Numbered from the stretch's first letter, positions 8,545 through 18,367 are shown. The stretch: DNA of 39,113 nt from an uncultured Nannocystaceae bacterium (GCA_964505145.1 CAZDHJ010000013.1:50662-89774); one strand, 5' to 3'. Notes: a model not told the origin generated them from the sequence alone. Numbers and translations: made by a program.

Positions 8545-10467
8545 ATGAAATCCACGACGACGCTCCACATCACCACGGTCGCGCTCGCGCTGGCACTCGC
8601 GCCTGCATGCAAGAAGGACGAGCCCAAGGCAGACGAGAAGAAGACGGAGGCGACGCAGACCAAGACCACCGACGCCGGCAAGACCGATGGCAAGCCCACC
8701 GACGCCGGCAAGCCCACCACCGACAAGCCCGCGCCGATCCCCGGCGAGGGTGTCACGCCGACCAGCCAGCCGCTGACGCCGGCGTCGAAGCTCAGCCGCG
8801 GCGCCGTGCTCGCGCACGTGCTGATGCCCAATCCCGCGACGATGCTGTCGGACATCAAGGCGCAGATCGTTCCGGCCCAGGCGGCGCAGTTCGTCGACGA
8901 GACCTTCTTGCGCACCATGGGCGCCGGCACGCTCGGCAGCCGCTCGGGCATCGCCAAGAACCTCGATCTGACCAAGCCCATGGGCTGCGCGCTGGTCGAC
9001 ACCACCACGACCAAGGCACCGGTCGCGTGCGTCATCGGCTACACCGGCGGCGCCAAGGCGCTCGTCACCGATCTCGGCGAAGAGGGCAAGCAGGCCGACG
9101 CCGGCGGTCACACGGCGAAGTACAGCGTCGGCGGGCAGGACATCTTCGTCGACGACATCGGCGGTGAGGCCATCGTCAGCACCGGGGCCGACGTGTTCGA
9201 GAAGGCCAAGCCGTACATCGAGGAGAACCTCATCGCGCGCGCCGGCAGCGTCGCGACCGACCTCGAGGTCGTCGCCTACCCCGGCAGCCTCATGACCCGC
9301 TACGAGGCCGAGCTGCGGCCCGTGCTCGAGGCCATGAGCAAGGTGGCGCCGGCGCCGGTGCCCGGCGTGCCGCCGAGCACGGAGAAGCTCATGGGCGCGA
9401 TGCAGGCCTATGGCGTGAAGGCCAACGCGCGGACGATCCAGACCTTCCGCGACATGGAACAGTTCACGCTCGCCTTCTCGGTCGAGCCCGCGGGCTTCGT
9501 CGCCCGCTACGCGCTGTTCCCCGTCGCCGGCAGCGAGCTCGAGGCGCAGACCAAGCTCACCGCCGCGGGCCCGGTCGATCCGAAGTTCGTGCGCAGCCTG
9601 CCGAGCTCGTCGTGGGCGGTCATCGCGGTCAACAGCCACGTCGGCGAGGTCGCGGACATGCCGTCGGTGAAGGAGCTGCGCGACGTGTTCGTGTCGGCCT
9701 ACGCCGAGGCCGTGGGCAAGGATCCGGCCGCGACCTCCGCGGCAGTCGACAGCTTCGTCGCCGAGACGCGTGCGACCTACTCGGGCGTGACCGCGCTGAC
9801 GTTCATGCACGAGCCCGGCACCCTGGGCGGGCTCGCCGTGGTCGCCGGGCTGCAGCCGGGCAAGAGCGCGCGCGACGGCTACAAGACCTGGTCGGAGGGC
9901 TTCACGCCCGAGTCGATCCTCGGCCCCGAGGCCTCGAAGAAGGTCACCTGGTCGTTCCAGATGGACGCGGCCAAGGCCGGTGACGTCGCGGTCGATCGCT
10001 GGATCATCGAGCCGACCGACGCGGTCAAGGCCGACATGCGCAAGGACGGCGGCGCCAAGCTGGCCGAGTGGGAGACCAAGCTCGGCGGCCTGCGCCTGGT
10101 GCTCAACCGCATCGAGAAGAACGAAGAGGTCGTGTGGGTCGTGGGCCCGGGCTCGGACGACAAGTACGTGCAGCGGATGGTCGACGCGATGGGCGGGACC
10201 GGCTCGCTCGCGGACAACGCCGGTCTGTCGCGCGTGCTCGATCGCAACCCGTCGGTTTCGAGCATCTTCGCGTTCGACGTCAAGGGCATGTTCGCCTGGG
10301 TCTCCGAGCTCATGCCCGCCGAGGAGCGCGCCAAGCTGCCGGCCGGCATCGGCAGCGACCTGAGCGACGTCTTCATGGCCGCGTCCTACGGCGACAACGG
10401 CTCGCAGTCGGGCGAGATCGTGGTCTCGCAGACGCTCATCGATCAGCTGCGCGCACTGGCGAAGTGA
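8545..10467 (+). CDS. Large hypothetical lipoprotein of 640 aa.
   Basis: ATG at 8545. Signal peptide TTVALALALAPA-C, a lipobox. A Lys/Thr/Asp/Pro-rich linker follows, then a large globular region. Coding-like GC3. Divergent from ctpA with a 47-nt intergenic gap. Confidence 0.7.
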   Translation: MKSTTTLHITTVALALALAPACKKDEPKADEKKTEATQTKTTDAGKTDGKPTDAGKPTTDKPAPIPGEGVTPTSQPLTPASKLSRGAVLAHVLMPNPATMLSDIKAQIVPAQAAQFVDETFLRTMGAGTLGSRSGIAKNLDLTKPMGCALVDTTTTKAPVACVIGYTGGAKALVTDLGEEGKQADAGGHTAKYSVGGQDIFVDDIGGEAIVSTGADVFEKAKPYIEENLIARAGSVATDLEVVAYPGSLMTRYEAELRPVLEAMSKVAPAPVPGVPPSTEKLMGAMQAYGVKANARTIQTFRDMEQFTLAFSVEPAGFVARYALFPVAGSELEAQTKLTAAGPVDPKFVRSLPSSSWAVIAVNSHVGEVADMPSVKELRDVFVSAYAEAVGKDPAATSAAVDSFVAETRATYSGVTALTFMHEPGTLGGLAVVAGLQPGKSARDGYKTWSEGFTPESILGPEASKKVTWSFQMDAAKAGDVAVDRWIIEPTDAVKADMRKDGGAKLAEWETKLGGLRLVLNRIEKNEEVVWVVGPGSDDKYVQRMVDAMGGTGSLADNAGLSRVLDRNPSVSSIFAFDVKGMFAWVSELMPAEERAKLPAGIGSDLSDVFMAASYGDNGSQSGEIVVSQTLIDQLRALAK

Positions 10468-10548
10468 TGCGCGCTCGCGGCCGATCCCGCGGACGCGGGA
10501 TCGGGCCGCGGGACCAGCCCGACGGCGCGGCGCAACGGCACCGCGCGC

Positions 10549-12945
10549 TCACCCCGGTTGGTAGCGCAGCGCTCGCAGGCCCGCGAGCGACACGCCGTCG
10601 TGGAAGAAGAACACGTCGTCGTCGACGTCGTAGGTCAGCTTCTGCCCCGCAGCGTTGGGCGGGAAGTCGGCGGGCGGCGCAGGCAGCTGCGTCCAGGCAT
10701 CCGCGACCAGGTCGTAGGCCCACAGCTGCAGCGCGTCGCCGCTCATCGCGAGCACGCGCTGGTGCACGTCGTCGTAGGCGAGGTGGGCATAGCCGCCCGG
10801 TGGCGCGTTCGCAGGCGCCTTGGCCACGCAGTGGCCCGCGTCGACGTCGACGACGTAGGTGTCGCTGTCGAGCGGACCGTTGTAGTGCGCGCCACCGAAG
10901 AGCACGAAGGTGCCCGCGGCGGCGTGGAAGGCCGCGCCCGCGAAGCCGCCGGTGGGGCAGTCGGCGAGCGCGCGGAAGCGGTTGCTCGCGACGTCGTAGA
11001 GATGGCCGCTGAAGTACGCCAGCTGCCGCTCGGGGTCGAAGGCACCGGTGACCTCGACCCCCGGTCGCGCGAGATCGAGTGGCAGCAGTCGCTGGCCGCG
11101 ACCGGCGAGCACGTCGTAGGCGTACAGCGTCCACGCGGTGCCGCTGTTGAGCGTGAGGTTGCCGTTGGTCAGATACAGCCCGCGTTGGCCGTCGACGGTG
11201 ACGTTGCCCTCGTCGTGGCCGATGCCCGGCAAGTGCTCGCTCCACGCGTTCTCGGTGACCTCGAGCAACTCCCAGCGGTTGTGCGAGAAGTCGTAGCCGA
11301 GCAGCGCGTTCTGATCCTCGCCGTACGACAGCTGCACCGCGTGGTACTTGCCGAACACGACCGCACGCTTCGCCGCCGCGATGTAGTTGATGCTGCTGTA
11401 GCCCTCGTCGCCCACGCCCTGCGCGTCGACCGTGATGCCACCGGCCTGCAGCACCGTCCAGGTGTTGGGCGCCAGCTGCGGCGCAGGGCCGTCGCTGCCG
11501 TAGCGCACCAACTCGACCGGCGGCTCGTCGCCGTCGTCGCCGCGCTTGGCGACGTAGACCTGCTTGGTCGCGGAGGGGAAGTGCTTCTCGGTCCAGATCA
11601 CGTGGGCGACATCGCCGACGAGCGCGAGCGCGGGCGAGTCGGCCGCGCCGTCGCCGTGGTGGACGGCGAGTGGACTCTCGACCGCGGACCACGAACCGCC
11701 GCTGCGCGTGCGGGTGTACAGCTCGGCCTTCTCACCCGCGGGCGCCTCGCTCCACGACAGCAGCAGGCCCTCACCGGTGGCCAGCAGCGCGGGGCGACCG
11801 GGCTGGCCGTCCGGCGTCGCGTCGGCCTCGTCGGCGTCGATCGACCACGTGCCGTCGACCAGGTGCCCCGTGCGGATGCGGTAGTCGCCCGCGGCCGGCT
11901 TCTCCTGCCATGCGAGGTGCAAACCCTCGGCGTCGGCCGCCAGCGCGAGGTAGTTCACCTGGCCTTCGCCGTCGGCATCGAGCGGCTCGGGCCGCACGAC
12001 GAAACCATCGCCCTGCAGCGACGCGATCCGAAGCGCGGCGTCGTCGTGCAGCAGGCCGTCGGTGGCGGTCTCTTCGATCTCGCTCCACGCCACCGTCGGC
12101 ACGCCGTCGTGCTCGACCAACGCGAGGTCGATGATCTTGCGGCGGCTGCCCTCGCCCGCGCCACCGTTGTACGGTTCACCCACGGCCACCCAACCGTCGC
12201 CTTCGCGTCGCTTGACGGCGATCGCGTCGACGTCACCCTGCTCGGCGAGGTTCTCGATCCACGCGACGTGCAGCACGCCGCCGATGTCGGCCAGCACGGG
12301 GTTGCGCGCGTCGTGGGTCGGCGCGAGGTTGAGCGCACCGAACGCGTCGCCGGCGTCCGCGTCGGCGACCCACGCAGCGCCGTCCCAGTGCGCGACGAAC
12401 ACCGCGGACTCGTGCGCCTCGGCCCAGCCGTAGCCGCCGCCCTCGTACCACGCGACGTAGATCGTCTCGCCGCTCACCGCGATGCTGGCATCGAACGCCT
12501 CGGGCCACAGCACGCCGTCGGCCTCGGTGTGGCCGATGCGTCCGCCCAGTGGGCTCCACGAACCATCCGCGTACGACGCGACCGCGATACCGGAGTGCTC
12601 CCAGATCGACGGGTTGCGATGTTGCGTCCACGCGGCGACGATCGTGCCGGCGGGTCCCGCCGCGACCGCGGCGTTGTTGGTCCAGCCCATCGGATCGGTC
12701 GAGAGGCTCGCGCTGATCCGCGTCCACATCGAGGGCGGCAGCGGCTCGCCCGTGCTGCTGTCCATCCCATCGTCCGCGCTCGAGTCGCCGCCGCGGCTGC
12801 TGCTGCCGCCGGGCCCGCTGCCGGCGTCCGACGACGAGGCAGCGCCCGCGTCGGACGACGTCGCGTCCCCCGCGGGCTGGCTGCCACCGTGACACGCGAC
12901 CAGTGCGGCGATCGGGATCGAGCAGGCGTGGCGGACGCGCGGCAT
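10549..12945 (-). CDS. Lipoprotein with BNR/Asp-box-like repeats and a C-terminal Kelch-like beta-propeller, 798 aa.
   Basis: ATG at 12945 (MPRVRHACSIPIAALVA-C, lipobox). Repeated HVAW, VAWxE, LSWSE and SxDGxWS units. C-terminal FGG, Y and W Kelch-like blades. Only the 3' 798 codons of track ORF 10549..13305 are sensible. Confidence 0.7.
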   Translation of the reverse strand: MPRVRHACSIPIAALVACHGGSQPAGDATSSDAGAASSSDAGSGPGGSSSRGGDSSADDGMDSSTGEPLPPSMWTRISASLSTDPMGWTNNAAVAAGPAGTIVAAWTQHRNPSIWEHSGIAVASYADGSWSPLGGRIGHTEADGVLWPEAFDASIAVSGETIYVAWYEGGGYGWAEAHESAVFVAHWDGAAWVADADAGDAFGALNLAPTHDARNPVLADIGGVLHVAWIENLAEQGDVDAIAVKRREGDGWVAVGEPYNGGAGEGSRRKIIDLALVEHDGVPTVAWSEIEETATDGLLHDDAALRIASLQGDGFVVRPEPLDADGEGQVNYLALAADAEGLHLAWQEKPAAGDYRIRTGHLVDGTWSIDADEADATPDGQPGRPALLATGEGLLLSWSEAPAGEKAELYTRTRSGGSWSAVESPLAVHHGDGAADSPALALVGDVAHVIWTEKHFPSATKQVYVAKRGDDGDEPPVELVRYGSDGPAPQLAPNTWTVLQAGGITVDAQGVGDEGYSSINYIAAAKRAVVFGKYHAVQLSYGEDQNALLGYDFSHNRWELLEVTENAWSEHLPGIGHDEGNVTVDGQRGLYLTNGNLTLNSGTAWTLYAYDVLAGRGQRLLPLDLARPGVEVTGAFDPERQLAYFSGHLYDVASNRFRALADCPTGGFAGAAFHAAAGTFVLFGGAHYNGPLDSDTYVVDVDAGHCVAKAPANAPPGGYAHLAYDDVHQRVLAMSGDALQLWAYDLVADAWTQLPAPPADFPPNAAGQKLTYDVDDDVFFFHDGVSLAGLRALRYQPG

Positions 12946-13034
12946 CGCGACCAGAGGTCGCGCGAGCCCGGCCGCACGGCTCACGGACACGCCACGGCGG
13001 CGCTGCGGTCGGCGCCCCGCGGCCCCGCGCCCGA

Positions 13035-13211
13035 TCAGGCCGCGCGCTTGGTCACCGGCACGGTGCCGCTGGCTTCGCCCGGCGCGCTGCGGGCCCGATC
13101 GAACATGCGCGCCAGCCTCGCGCGCTGGACCTCGATCGACAGCGCCTCGGTCGTGACCGCGTCGACGAACCGTGCCACGAACGCGTAGTACCGGAGATTG
13201 GGTGCCTGCAT
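13035..13211 (-). CDS. Small hypothetical protein of 58 aa.
   Basis: MQAPNLRYYAFVARFVDAVTTEALSIEVQRARLARMFDRARSAPGEASGTVPVTKRAA. A strong GGGAGG Shine-Dalgarno lies 6 nt upstream of the ATG. High GC3. Co-directional with, and 89 nt upstream of, the propeller lipoprotein. Confidence 0.4.
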   Translation of the reverse strand: MQAPNLRYYAFVARFVDAVTTEALSIEVQRARLARMFDRARSAPGEASGTVPVTKRAA

Positions 13212-13436
13212 CGTCGTCCCTCCCGTCCTGCCAAACCCAACGGAGCTCGGGGTCCGGCCTGACACTCGGCTGAACGAGTGCAGGCGCCGTACCATATCGG
13301 TGCACGGGCGAGCGGCCCCGGCGTTCCCGAAAAAAGCCTGTGCCGTCGCGGCGCGCTCGCGGAATCTCCGCGCACGTGCCGGGGTTCGCTCGGCCCGCAG
13401 TGTCAAGCGTCCGGCGGCGGCCGTCGGCGTTCCATC

Positions 13437-14363
13437 ATGCCACCTGTGATCCCCGGGCCGACAGAACCCGTGACCCGCCGCTGCGGTGGCTGCGGTGCCA
13501 TGCTCGCGTCGCCGCCCGAGCGCATCGCCGATCGCTGCAGCTACTGCGACGCGCAGCTGGTCGACGCGACCGCGGTGACGGCGGTCGACGCGGTGTGTCC
13601 GTTCGCGATCTCGCAACGCGCCGCGCTGCAGCGCATGCGCGAGCACGTCGCAGGCAACCCGTGGTTGCCCGGCGAGCTGCGTCTGCTCGCGCGCCGCGGG
13701 CAGCTGCGGCCCGAGGTGCTGCGCGGCGTGCTGGTGCCCTACTTCGTCTACGACGCGCGCACGCAATCGCGCTGGCAGGCCAAGATCGGCGTCGACTGGT
13801 GGCGCAGCGAGACCGTGCGCGACAAGGACGGCAAGACCCGCACCGAGCGCGTGCGCGAGACCGAGTGGTTCGAGCTCGGCGGCACCGCGGTGGGACAGTG
13901 GCTCGATCATCTCGAGTGCGCCTCGGTCGCGCTCACCGCCGAGGAGGTCGATCGGCTCGGCGGCTTCGACCTCGGCGCGGCCGTGGCCTACGACCCACGG
14001 GTGTTGGCGGGCTCGGTCGCGGAGCTGCCCTCGCGCACGCGCGCGCAGGTCGACCGCGACGCAGCCGCGGCGGTGCGCGAGCTCGAGGCCCGCCGCATCG
14101 AGCACAAGCTCTTGCCCGGTGATCACGCGCGCATCGTCGCGCTCGCGACCGAGGTCTCGCTGGGTCACGCGCGGCTGGTGCTGGTGCCGGTGTGGCTCGC
14201 GAGTTTCCGCCACGGCGGGCGCCCCCATCGCATGCTCGTGCACGGTCAGCACGGCGCGTGCATCGGACGACCGCCGCTGTCGCGCGCGAAGGTCTCGCTC
14301 GCGGCCGCCGGCTTCGCCCTGGCCGTGGTTGGGCTGCTGTGGCTCGCGGGGGTGTGGTCGTGA
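13437..14363 (+). CDS. Zinc-ribbon protein with C-terminal transmembrane anchor, paralogue A, 308 aa.
   Basis: ATG at 13437. N-terminal C-x2-C ... C-x2-C (RRCGGCGAML...RCSYCDAQLV). C-terminal hydrophobic helix AAAGFALAVVGLLWLAGVW. Its stop overlaps the start of paralogue B. Confidence 0.6.
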   Translation: MPPVIPGPTEPVTRRCGGCGAMLASPPERIADRCSYCDAQLVDATAVTAVDAVCPFAISQRAALQRMREHVAGNPWLPGELRLLARRGQLRPEVLRGVLVPYFVYDARTQSRWQAKIGVDWWRSETVRDKDGKTRTERVRETEWFELGGTAVGQWLDHLECASVALTAEEVDRLGGFDLGAAVAYDPRVLAGSVAELPSRTRAQVDRDAAAAVRELEARRIEHKLLPGDHARIVALATEVSLGHARLVLVPVWLASFRHGGRPHRMLVHGQHGACIGRPPLSRAKVSLAAAGFALAVVGLLWLAGVWS

Positions 14364-15229
14364 TCGTCGTGCGTTGCGATGCCTGCGGCGGTTCGGTCGC
14401 GTTCGATGCCGAGCGCGCGCGGGCGCAGTGCCTCTTCTGTGCCGCGGTCGCGCTCGAGCCGGTGCCGCTGGCGCAACCACCGGCGCCGCCCGAGCGCGTG
14501 GTGCCGTTTTCGATCGACGACGCCGCCGCGCGCGGACGCTTCGCGCAGTGGTGCCGGGGATCGTGGTGGCGCCCCGTGGCGTTGCGCGAGGTCGCGTTGC
14601 AGCTGCAACCGCTGTGGCTGCCGGCCTGGCGCGCGCGTGCCGAGGTCGAGCTGCACTGGGCCGGCCTGGTCGCCGCGCGTACGCGCAGCGGTCGACGCCC
14701 GCGCGCCGGCGTCGACCGTGGCACCGCCGAGGCGATGATCCCGGCGTCGCTGGGCATCTCGCCCGCGGAGCTGTCCCACGCCGCACCGTTTCCGCCAGCC
14801 AGCCGCAGCTGGACCGCCCACGACGGCGCGATCGCACGCGAGTTGCCGAGCTTGACCGAGGCGGGCGCACGCGCACGCGTGCTCGCGGCGCTCGAGGCCA
14901 CGCGGCTGCGCGAGGTCGCCGCGCGCGAGCACCTGCACGATCCCGGCGGCACCGCGCGGCTACACGCGCTCGCAACCTCGCTCGAGTCGCTGCCGGTCTA
15001 CATCGGCGCGTTCCGCTTCCGCGACCGCCCCTGGCGCGTGGTGATCAACGGCGCGACCGGCAAGCTGGTCGGCCGCGCGCCGATCGATCGCGTCAAGCTC
15101 ACGATCGCGATCGCGATCGGCGTGCTCGTGCTGCTGGCGCTGGCGTGGTGGTCGCGGCCGCCCGACGATCAACCCGGCGGCCCCGAGGACGACTCGAAGC
15201 CCAGCGTCACGCGCAGCCGCTCGTTCTGA
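14354..15229 (+). CDS. Zinc-ribbon protein with C-terminal transmembrane anchor, paralogue B, about 291 aa.
   Basis: GTG at 14354/14360 overlaps the TGA of paralogue A (14361-14363). N-terminal RCDACGGSV...CLFCAAV zinc ribbon. Shared VPF(S/A)I and ...VVINGATGKLVGRAPIDR... blocks. C-terminal TM helix LTIAIAIGVLVLLALAWW. Confidence 0.6.
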   Translation: MVVIVVRCDACGGSVAFDAERARAQCLFCAAVALEPVPLAQPPAPPERVVPFSIDDAAARGRFAQWCRGSWWRPVALREVALQLQPLWLPAWRARAEVELHWAGLVAARTRSGRRPRAGVDRGTAEAMIPASLGISPAELSHAAPFPPASRSWTAHDGAIARELPSLTEAGARARVLAALEATRLREVAAREHLHDPGGTARLHALATSLESLPVYIGAFRFRDRPWRVVINGATGKLVGRAPIDRVKLTIAIAIGVLVLLALAWWSRPPDDQPGGPEDDSKPSVTRSRSF

Positions 15230-15945
15230 CCGATGGTGTTGCCCATGGTCGTGTTGGTCTGCAGGTCGCCGTCGATGGTGTACTCGACGGTCTCGGGCGC
15301 CGCGTTGTCGCCCAGCGCGACGAAGCTCGCGACGTAGTTGCCGAACTCGGTCGGCTGGCCCTCGTACTCGAGCCCGATCTCCGCGAGGTTGAGCCCGCCG
15401 CCGGCCGGCAGCGCGTAGGCGAACACGCCCGAGATCGTCAGGTAGCGCCCGTCGAGCTCGAACACGCCGTCCTGGTCGGAGTAGTAGACGTCGTAGAACT
15501 CGGTGTCGACGCCCTTGATGTCGCGGTTGGCGTCGCCGAGCGGATCGTCGAGCCGCGTGGTCAGCTCGGCGCCGTCGACCGCGAAGGTGTAGGGCGTGGG
15601 CGCGTCGCCGCCCGAGCGCTCGTAGAAGGTGATCGAGACCAGGCCCGGGATCATGCGCACGGGGTAGGTCGTGGGCCCGCCGCTGCCGCTGCCGTCGCCG
15701 CCGAGGTCGAACTTGAAGTCGCTGCTGGTGCTGCCGTCGGTGCCGCCCATCGACGTCATCGATGCGCCGCCGCCGGTGGTGCCGCCGGTGGTGCCGTCGC
15801 CGCTGCCGCCCGCGCTCGACGAGCCGCCTTGCAGGGTCGTGCTCGACAGCGTGGTCGCGGTGCCGCCGTCGCCGCGGCCCTCGTCCGCACCGCACGCGGC
15901 CAGCCAGGTCAGCACCAGTGTCGACGCGGCGCGGCCGGGGCTCAT
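15169..15945 (-). CDS. Hypothetical lipoprotein of 258 aa.
   Basis: ATG at 15945 (MSPGRAASTLVLTWLAA-C). Gly/Ser/Thr-rich linker. 4-nt ATGA overlap with the prolyl oligopeptidase gene upstream. Its 3' end overlaps the convergent gene by about 60 nt. Confidence 0.65.
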   Translation of the reverse strand: MSPGRAASTLVLTWLAACGADEGRGDGGTATTLSSTTLQGGSSSAGGSGDGTTGGTTGGGASMTSMGGTDGSTSSDFKFDLGGDGSGSGGPTTYPVRMIPGLVSITFYERSGGDAPTPYTFAVDGAELTTRLDDPLGDANRDIKGVDTEFYDVYYSDQDGVFELDGRYLTISGVFAYALPAGGGLNLAEIGLEYEGQPTEFGNYVASFVALGDNAAPETVEYTIDGDLQTNTTMGNTIGQNERLRVTLGFESSSGPPG

Positions 15946-18167
15946 TGCGTCATCGTAGCAGCTTCGCGCGCGGGCCCGACGCCCAGGGCGTGGAGCAGGA
16001 ACGAGAACGTGTCCACGGCCTGCTCGATGTCCTTCTTGATCATGTCCGAACCGCCGTGGCCAGCGTTGGTCTCGATGCGCAGGTATACCGGCCTGGGCGA
16101 GACCGCCTGCATCGCCGCGACGAACTTGCGCGCGTGCATCGGGTCGACGCGGTCGTCGCTGTCCGCCGACAGCATGAGCATCGCCGGGTAGGGCTTGCCG
16201 CGCGCGACGTGGTGGTAGGGCGAGTACGCGAACAACGTCTCGAACTGGCCGCGATCCTCGGCCGAGCCGTACTCGGCGATCCACGTGCGGCCGGCACCGA
16301 AGAGGTGGTAGCGGACCATGTCGAGCAGCGGCACCGCGCACACGACCGCACCGAACAGCTCGGGGTGCTGCGTCATCGCGGCGCCGACCAGCAGGCCACC
16401 GTTGCTGCCGCCCATGATCGCGAGCTTGTCGGGCCGCGTGATGTCCTGCGCGATCAGGTGCTGCGCCGCCGCGGCGAAGTCGTCGAACACGTTCTGCTTG
16501 TTGGCGCCCATACCCGACTGGTGCCAGGCCTCGCCGAACTCGCCGCCGCCGCGCAGGTTGGCCACCGCGTACACGCCACCGTGCTCGAGCCACAACACCG
16601 CGCGTGAGCTGAAGTTGGGCTCGAGGCTGACATTGAAGCCGCCGTAGCCCACCAGCAGCGTGGGGTTGTCGCCACGGCGCTGCATGTCCTTGCGGTGGAC
16701 CACGAACATCGGCACCCGGGTGCCGTCCTTCGACGTGAACCACATCTGCTCGGTCACGAACTGCGAGGTGTCGACCGGGATCTCGATCTTCTGCCACAGC
16801 TCCGACTTGCCCGACGCGATCGACGTCTTGAAGATCTGCGGCGTCTCGGTGAACGAGCTGAAGTAGTAGTAGCCCTCGTCCTCGTCGGGCTCGCCGAGGA
16901 TGCCGCTCGCGCTGCCGATGCCGGGCAGCTCGACCTTGCGCACGAGCTTGCCCGCCAGATCGTGAACCTCGAGCTCGGAGTGGGCGTCGCGCAGGTACGA
17001 CAGCACCAGGTGGTCGCCGACGACGCTGGCGCCGTCGAGCACCGCGTCGGACTCGGGCACGATCTCGCGCCAGTGTTCGCGCGCGCGCTTGGCCGGATCG
17101 ACCACGTACACGCGATAGCGCGGCGCGCCGTCGTTGGTGTGGACGTAGAACTTGTCGCGCCAGGCGCTGACCGAGAAGATCGCCGGCTTGTCCTTCACCA
17201 GCGGCTCGAACTTCGGCGCAGCGGTGGGCGGGCGGCGCTTGCCGCCCTTGGCCCTGCCGAGATCGGCGACGTAGACGTCGCTCGCGCTCCAGCCGCGCGA
17301 GTGGTTCACCAGCAGCCAGCGGCCATCGCGTGACACCGACGCGCCGACGAAGCGCGTGGGATCGTGCGACGCCGGGAACATGATCGGGTCGGTCTTGGGA
17401 TCGGTGCCCAGCCGATGGAAGCGCACGTCGGCGTGCCCCGGCAGCTCCGCCACCGGGATCGCGGGATCGGTCGGCAGGTTCACGTAGAAGAAGCCCGAGT
17501 CGTCGGGCAACCACGACGCCGCGGCATAGCGCGCGCCCTCGATGGTGTCGATGGTGAGCTCGGTGTTGGTGTCGAGATCGCGGACGTACAACGTCGCGGC
17601 GTCGGCGTTGTTGCGCGACAGCTTGTACGCGAGGTAGCGGCCGCTGCGGCTGGGCATCACGCCGTGGACCGAGACGCTGCCGTCGGCCGACATCGTGTTG
17701 GGATCGAGCAGCACCTCCTCGGCGCCATGCTCACCCTTGCGCACGTAGTAGATCGCCTTCTCCTTGTCCTTGTGGCTGCGGGTGTAGAAGTAGCGGCTGC
17801 CGCGGTGGGCCGGCGGCGAGATCGAGTCGAGGTACGACAGCTCCGAGAGTCGCTGCTCGAGGTCCGCCCGCAGCGGCAGCGCGCCCAGGCGCTTGCGGGC
17901 GTAGTCGTCCTGCGCCTTCATCCACGCCGCGACCTCGGGGTCGTCGACGTTCTCGAGCCAGCGGTACGGGTCGTCGACCTTGCGGCCGAACAGGACGTCG
18001 CTGACCTCGCTCGCGCGGGTCGTCGGGGTGGTCGTGTCGTCGTGCGCGGTGGGCATCGTGGCGCCGCCACCTCCGGGGGTCGTGCTCGTCCCGCCGGCGC
18101 CGTCGCGGTCCGGTCGGCACGAGAGCAGCGCGAGCGCGAGCAGGGAGACCGTCGGCAGGTGGCGCAT
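15942..18167 (-). CDS. Prolyl oligopeptidase (S9A family) lipoprotein, 741 aa.
   Basis: ATG at 18167 (MRHLPTVSLLALALLS-C). An N-terminal beta-propeller domain is followed by an alpha/beta-hydrolase catalytic domain. The catalytic domain has the GGSNGG nucleophile elbow, then DDRV and GHGG, giving a Ser/Asp/His triad. Strong overall S9A resemblance. Confidence 0.9.
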   Translation of the reverse strand: MRHLPTVSLLALALLSCRPDRDGAGGTSTTPGGGGATMPTAHDDTTTPTTRASEVSDVLFGRKVDDPYRWLENVDDPEVAAWMKAQDDYARKRLGALPLRADLEQRLSELSYLDSISPPAHRGSRYFYTRSHKDKEKAIYYVRKGEHGAEEVLLDPNTMSADGSVSVHGVMPSRSGRYLAYKLSRNNADAATLYVRDLDTNTELTIDTIEGARYAAASWLPDDSGFFYVNLPTDPAIPVAELPGHADVRFHRLGTDPKTDPIMFPASHDPTRFVGASVSRDGRWLLVNHSRGWSASDVYVADLGRAKGGKRRPPTAAPKFEPLVKDKPAIFSVSAWRDKFYVHTNDGAPRYRVYVVDPAKRAREHWREIVPESDAVLDGASVVGDHLVLSYLRDAHSELEVHDLAGKLVRKVELPGIGSASGILGEPDEDEGYYYFSSFTETPQIFKTSIASGKSELWQKIEIPVDTSQFVTEQMWFTSKDGTRVPMFVVHRKDMQRRGDNPTLLVGYGGFNVSLEPNFSSRAVLWLEHGGVYAVANLRGGGEFGEAWHQSGMGANKQNVFDDFAAAAQHLIAQDITRPDKLAIMGGSNGGLLVGAAMTQHPELFGAVVCAVPLLDMVRYHLFGAGRTWIAEYGSAEDRGQFETLFAYSPYHHVARGKPYPAMLMLSADSDDRVDPMHARKFVAAMQAVSPRPVYLRIETNAGHGGSDMIKKDIEQAVDTFSFLLHALGVGPAREAATMTQ

Positions 18168-18367
18168 GGGCGCGGATGCTAGCAGTCCGCGCGAGGTGGG
18201 CCGGGTCGGCATGGAGGCTTCGAAACCTGCCGCAGCCGTGCGGTTTCGCGGCGCCGGCCGCCGCGGTGCCGCGGGCATGGCGACCTGCCGACCAGCGTGG
18301 CGCCGGGTGCCTCCGGCCGCCGGCAGTGGACAGCATCGCCCGGCAGTGCTCCGATGGACGGCGGCGA

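Noticed and set aside
8494-9810. 438-aa minus ORF antisense to the 640-aa lipoprotein
   Set aside because: Shadow frame with Arg/Gly/Leu-rich low complexity. The + strand gene has a lipobox and coding-like composition.
10558-13188. 876-aa + strand ORF antisense to the BNR/Kelch lipoprotein
   Set aside because: Low-complexity V/R/A/G-rich translation with no signal peptide or motifs. The minus-strand frame has a lipobox and repeated propeller motifs.
14119-16191. 690-aa + strand ORF and 13035..14975 / 13933..14952 minus ORFs over the zinc-ribbon pair
   Set aside because: All are Arg/Ala-rich shadow frames. Only the C-terminal 58 codons of 13035..14975 (13035-13211) look like protein and have a strong Shine-Dalgarno. 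I kept that as a small CDS.
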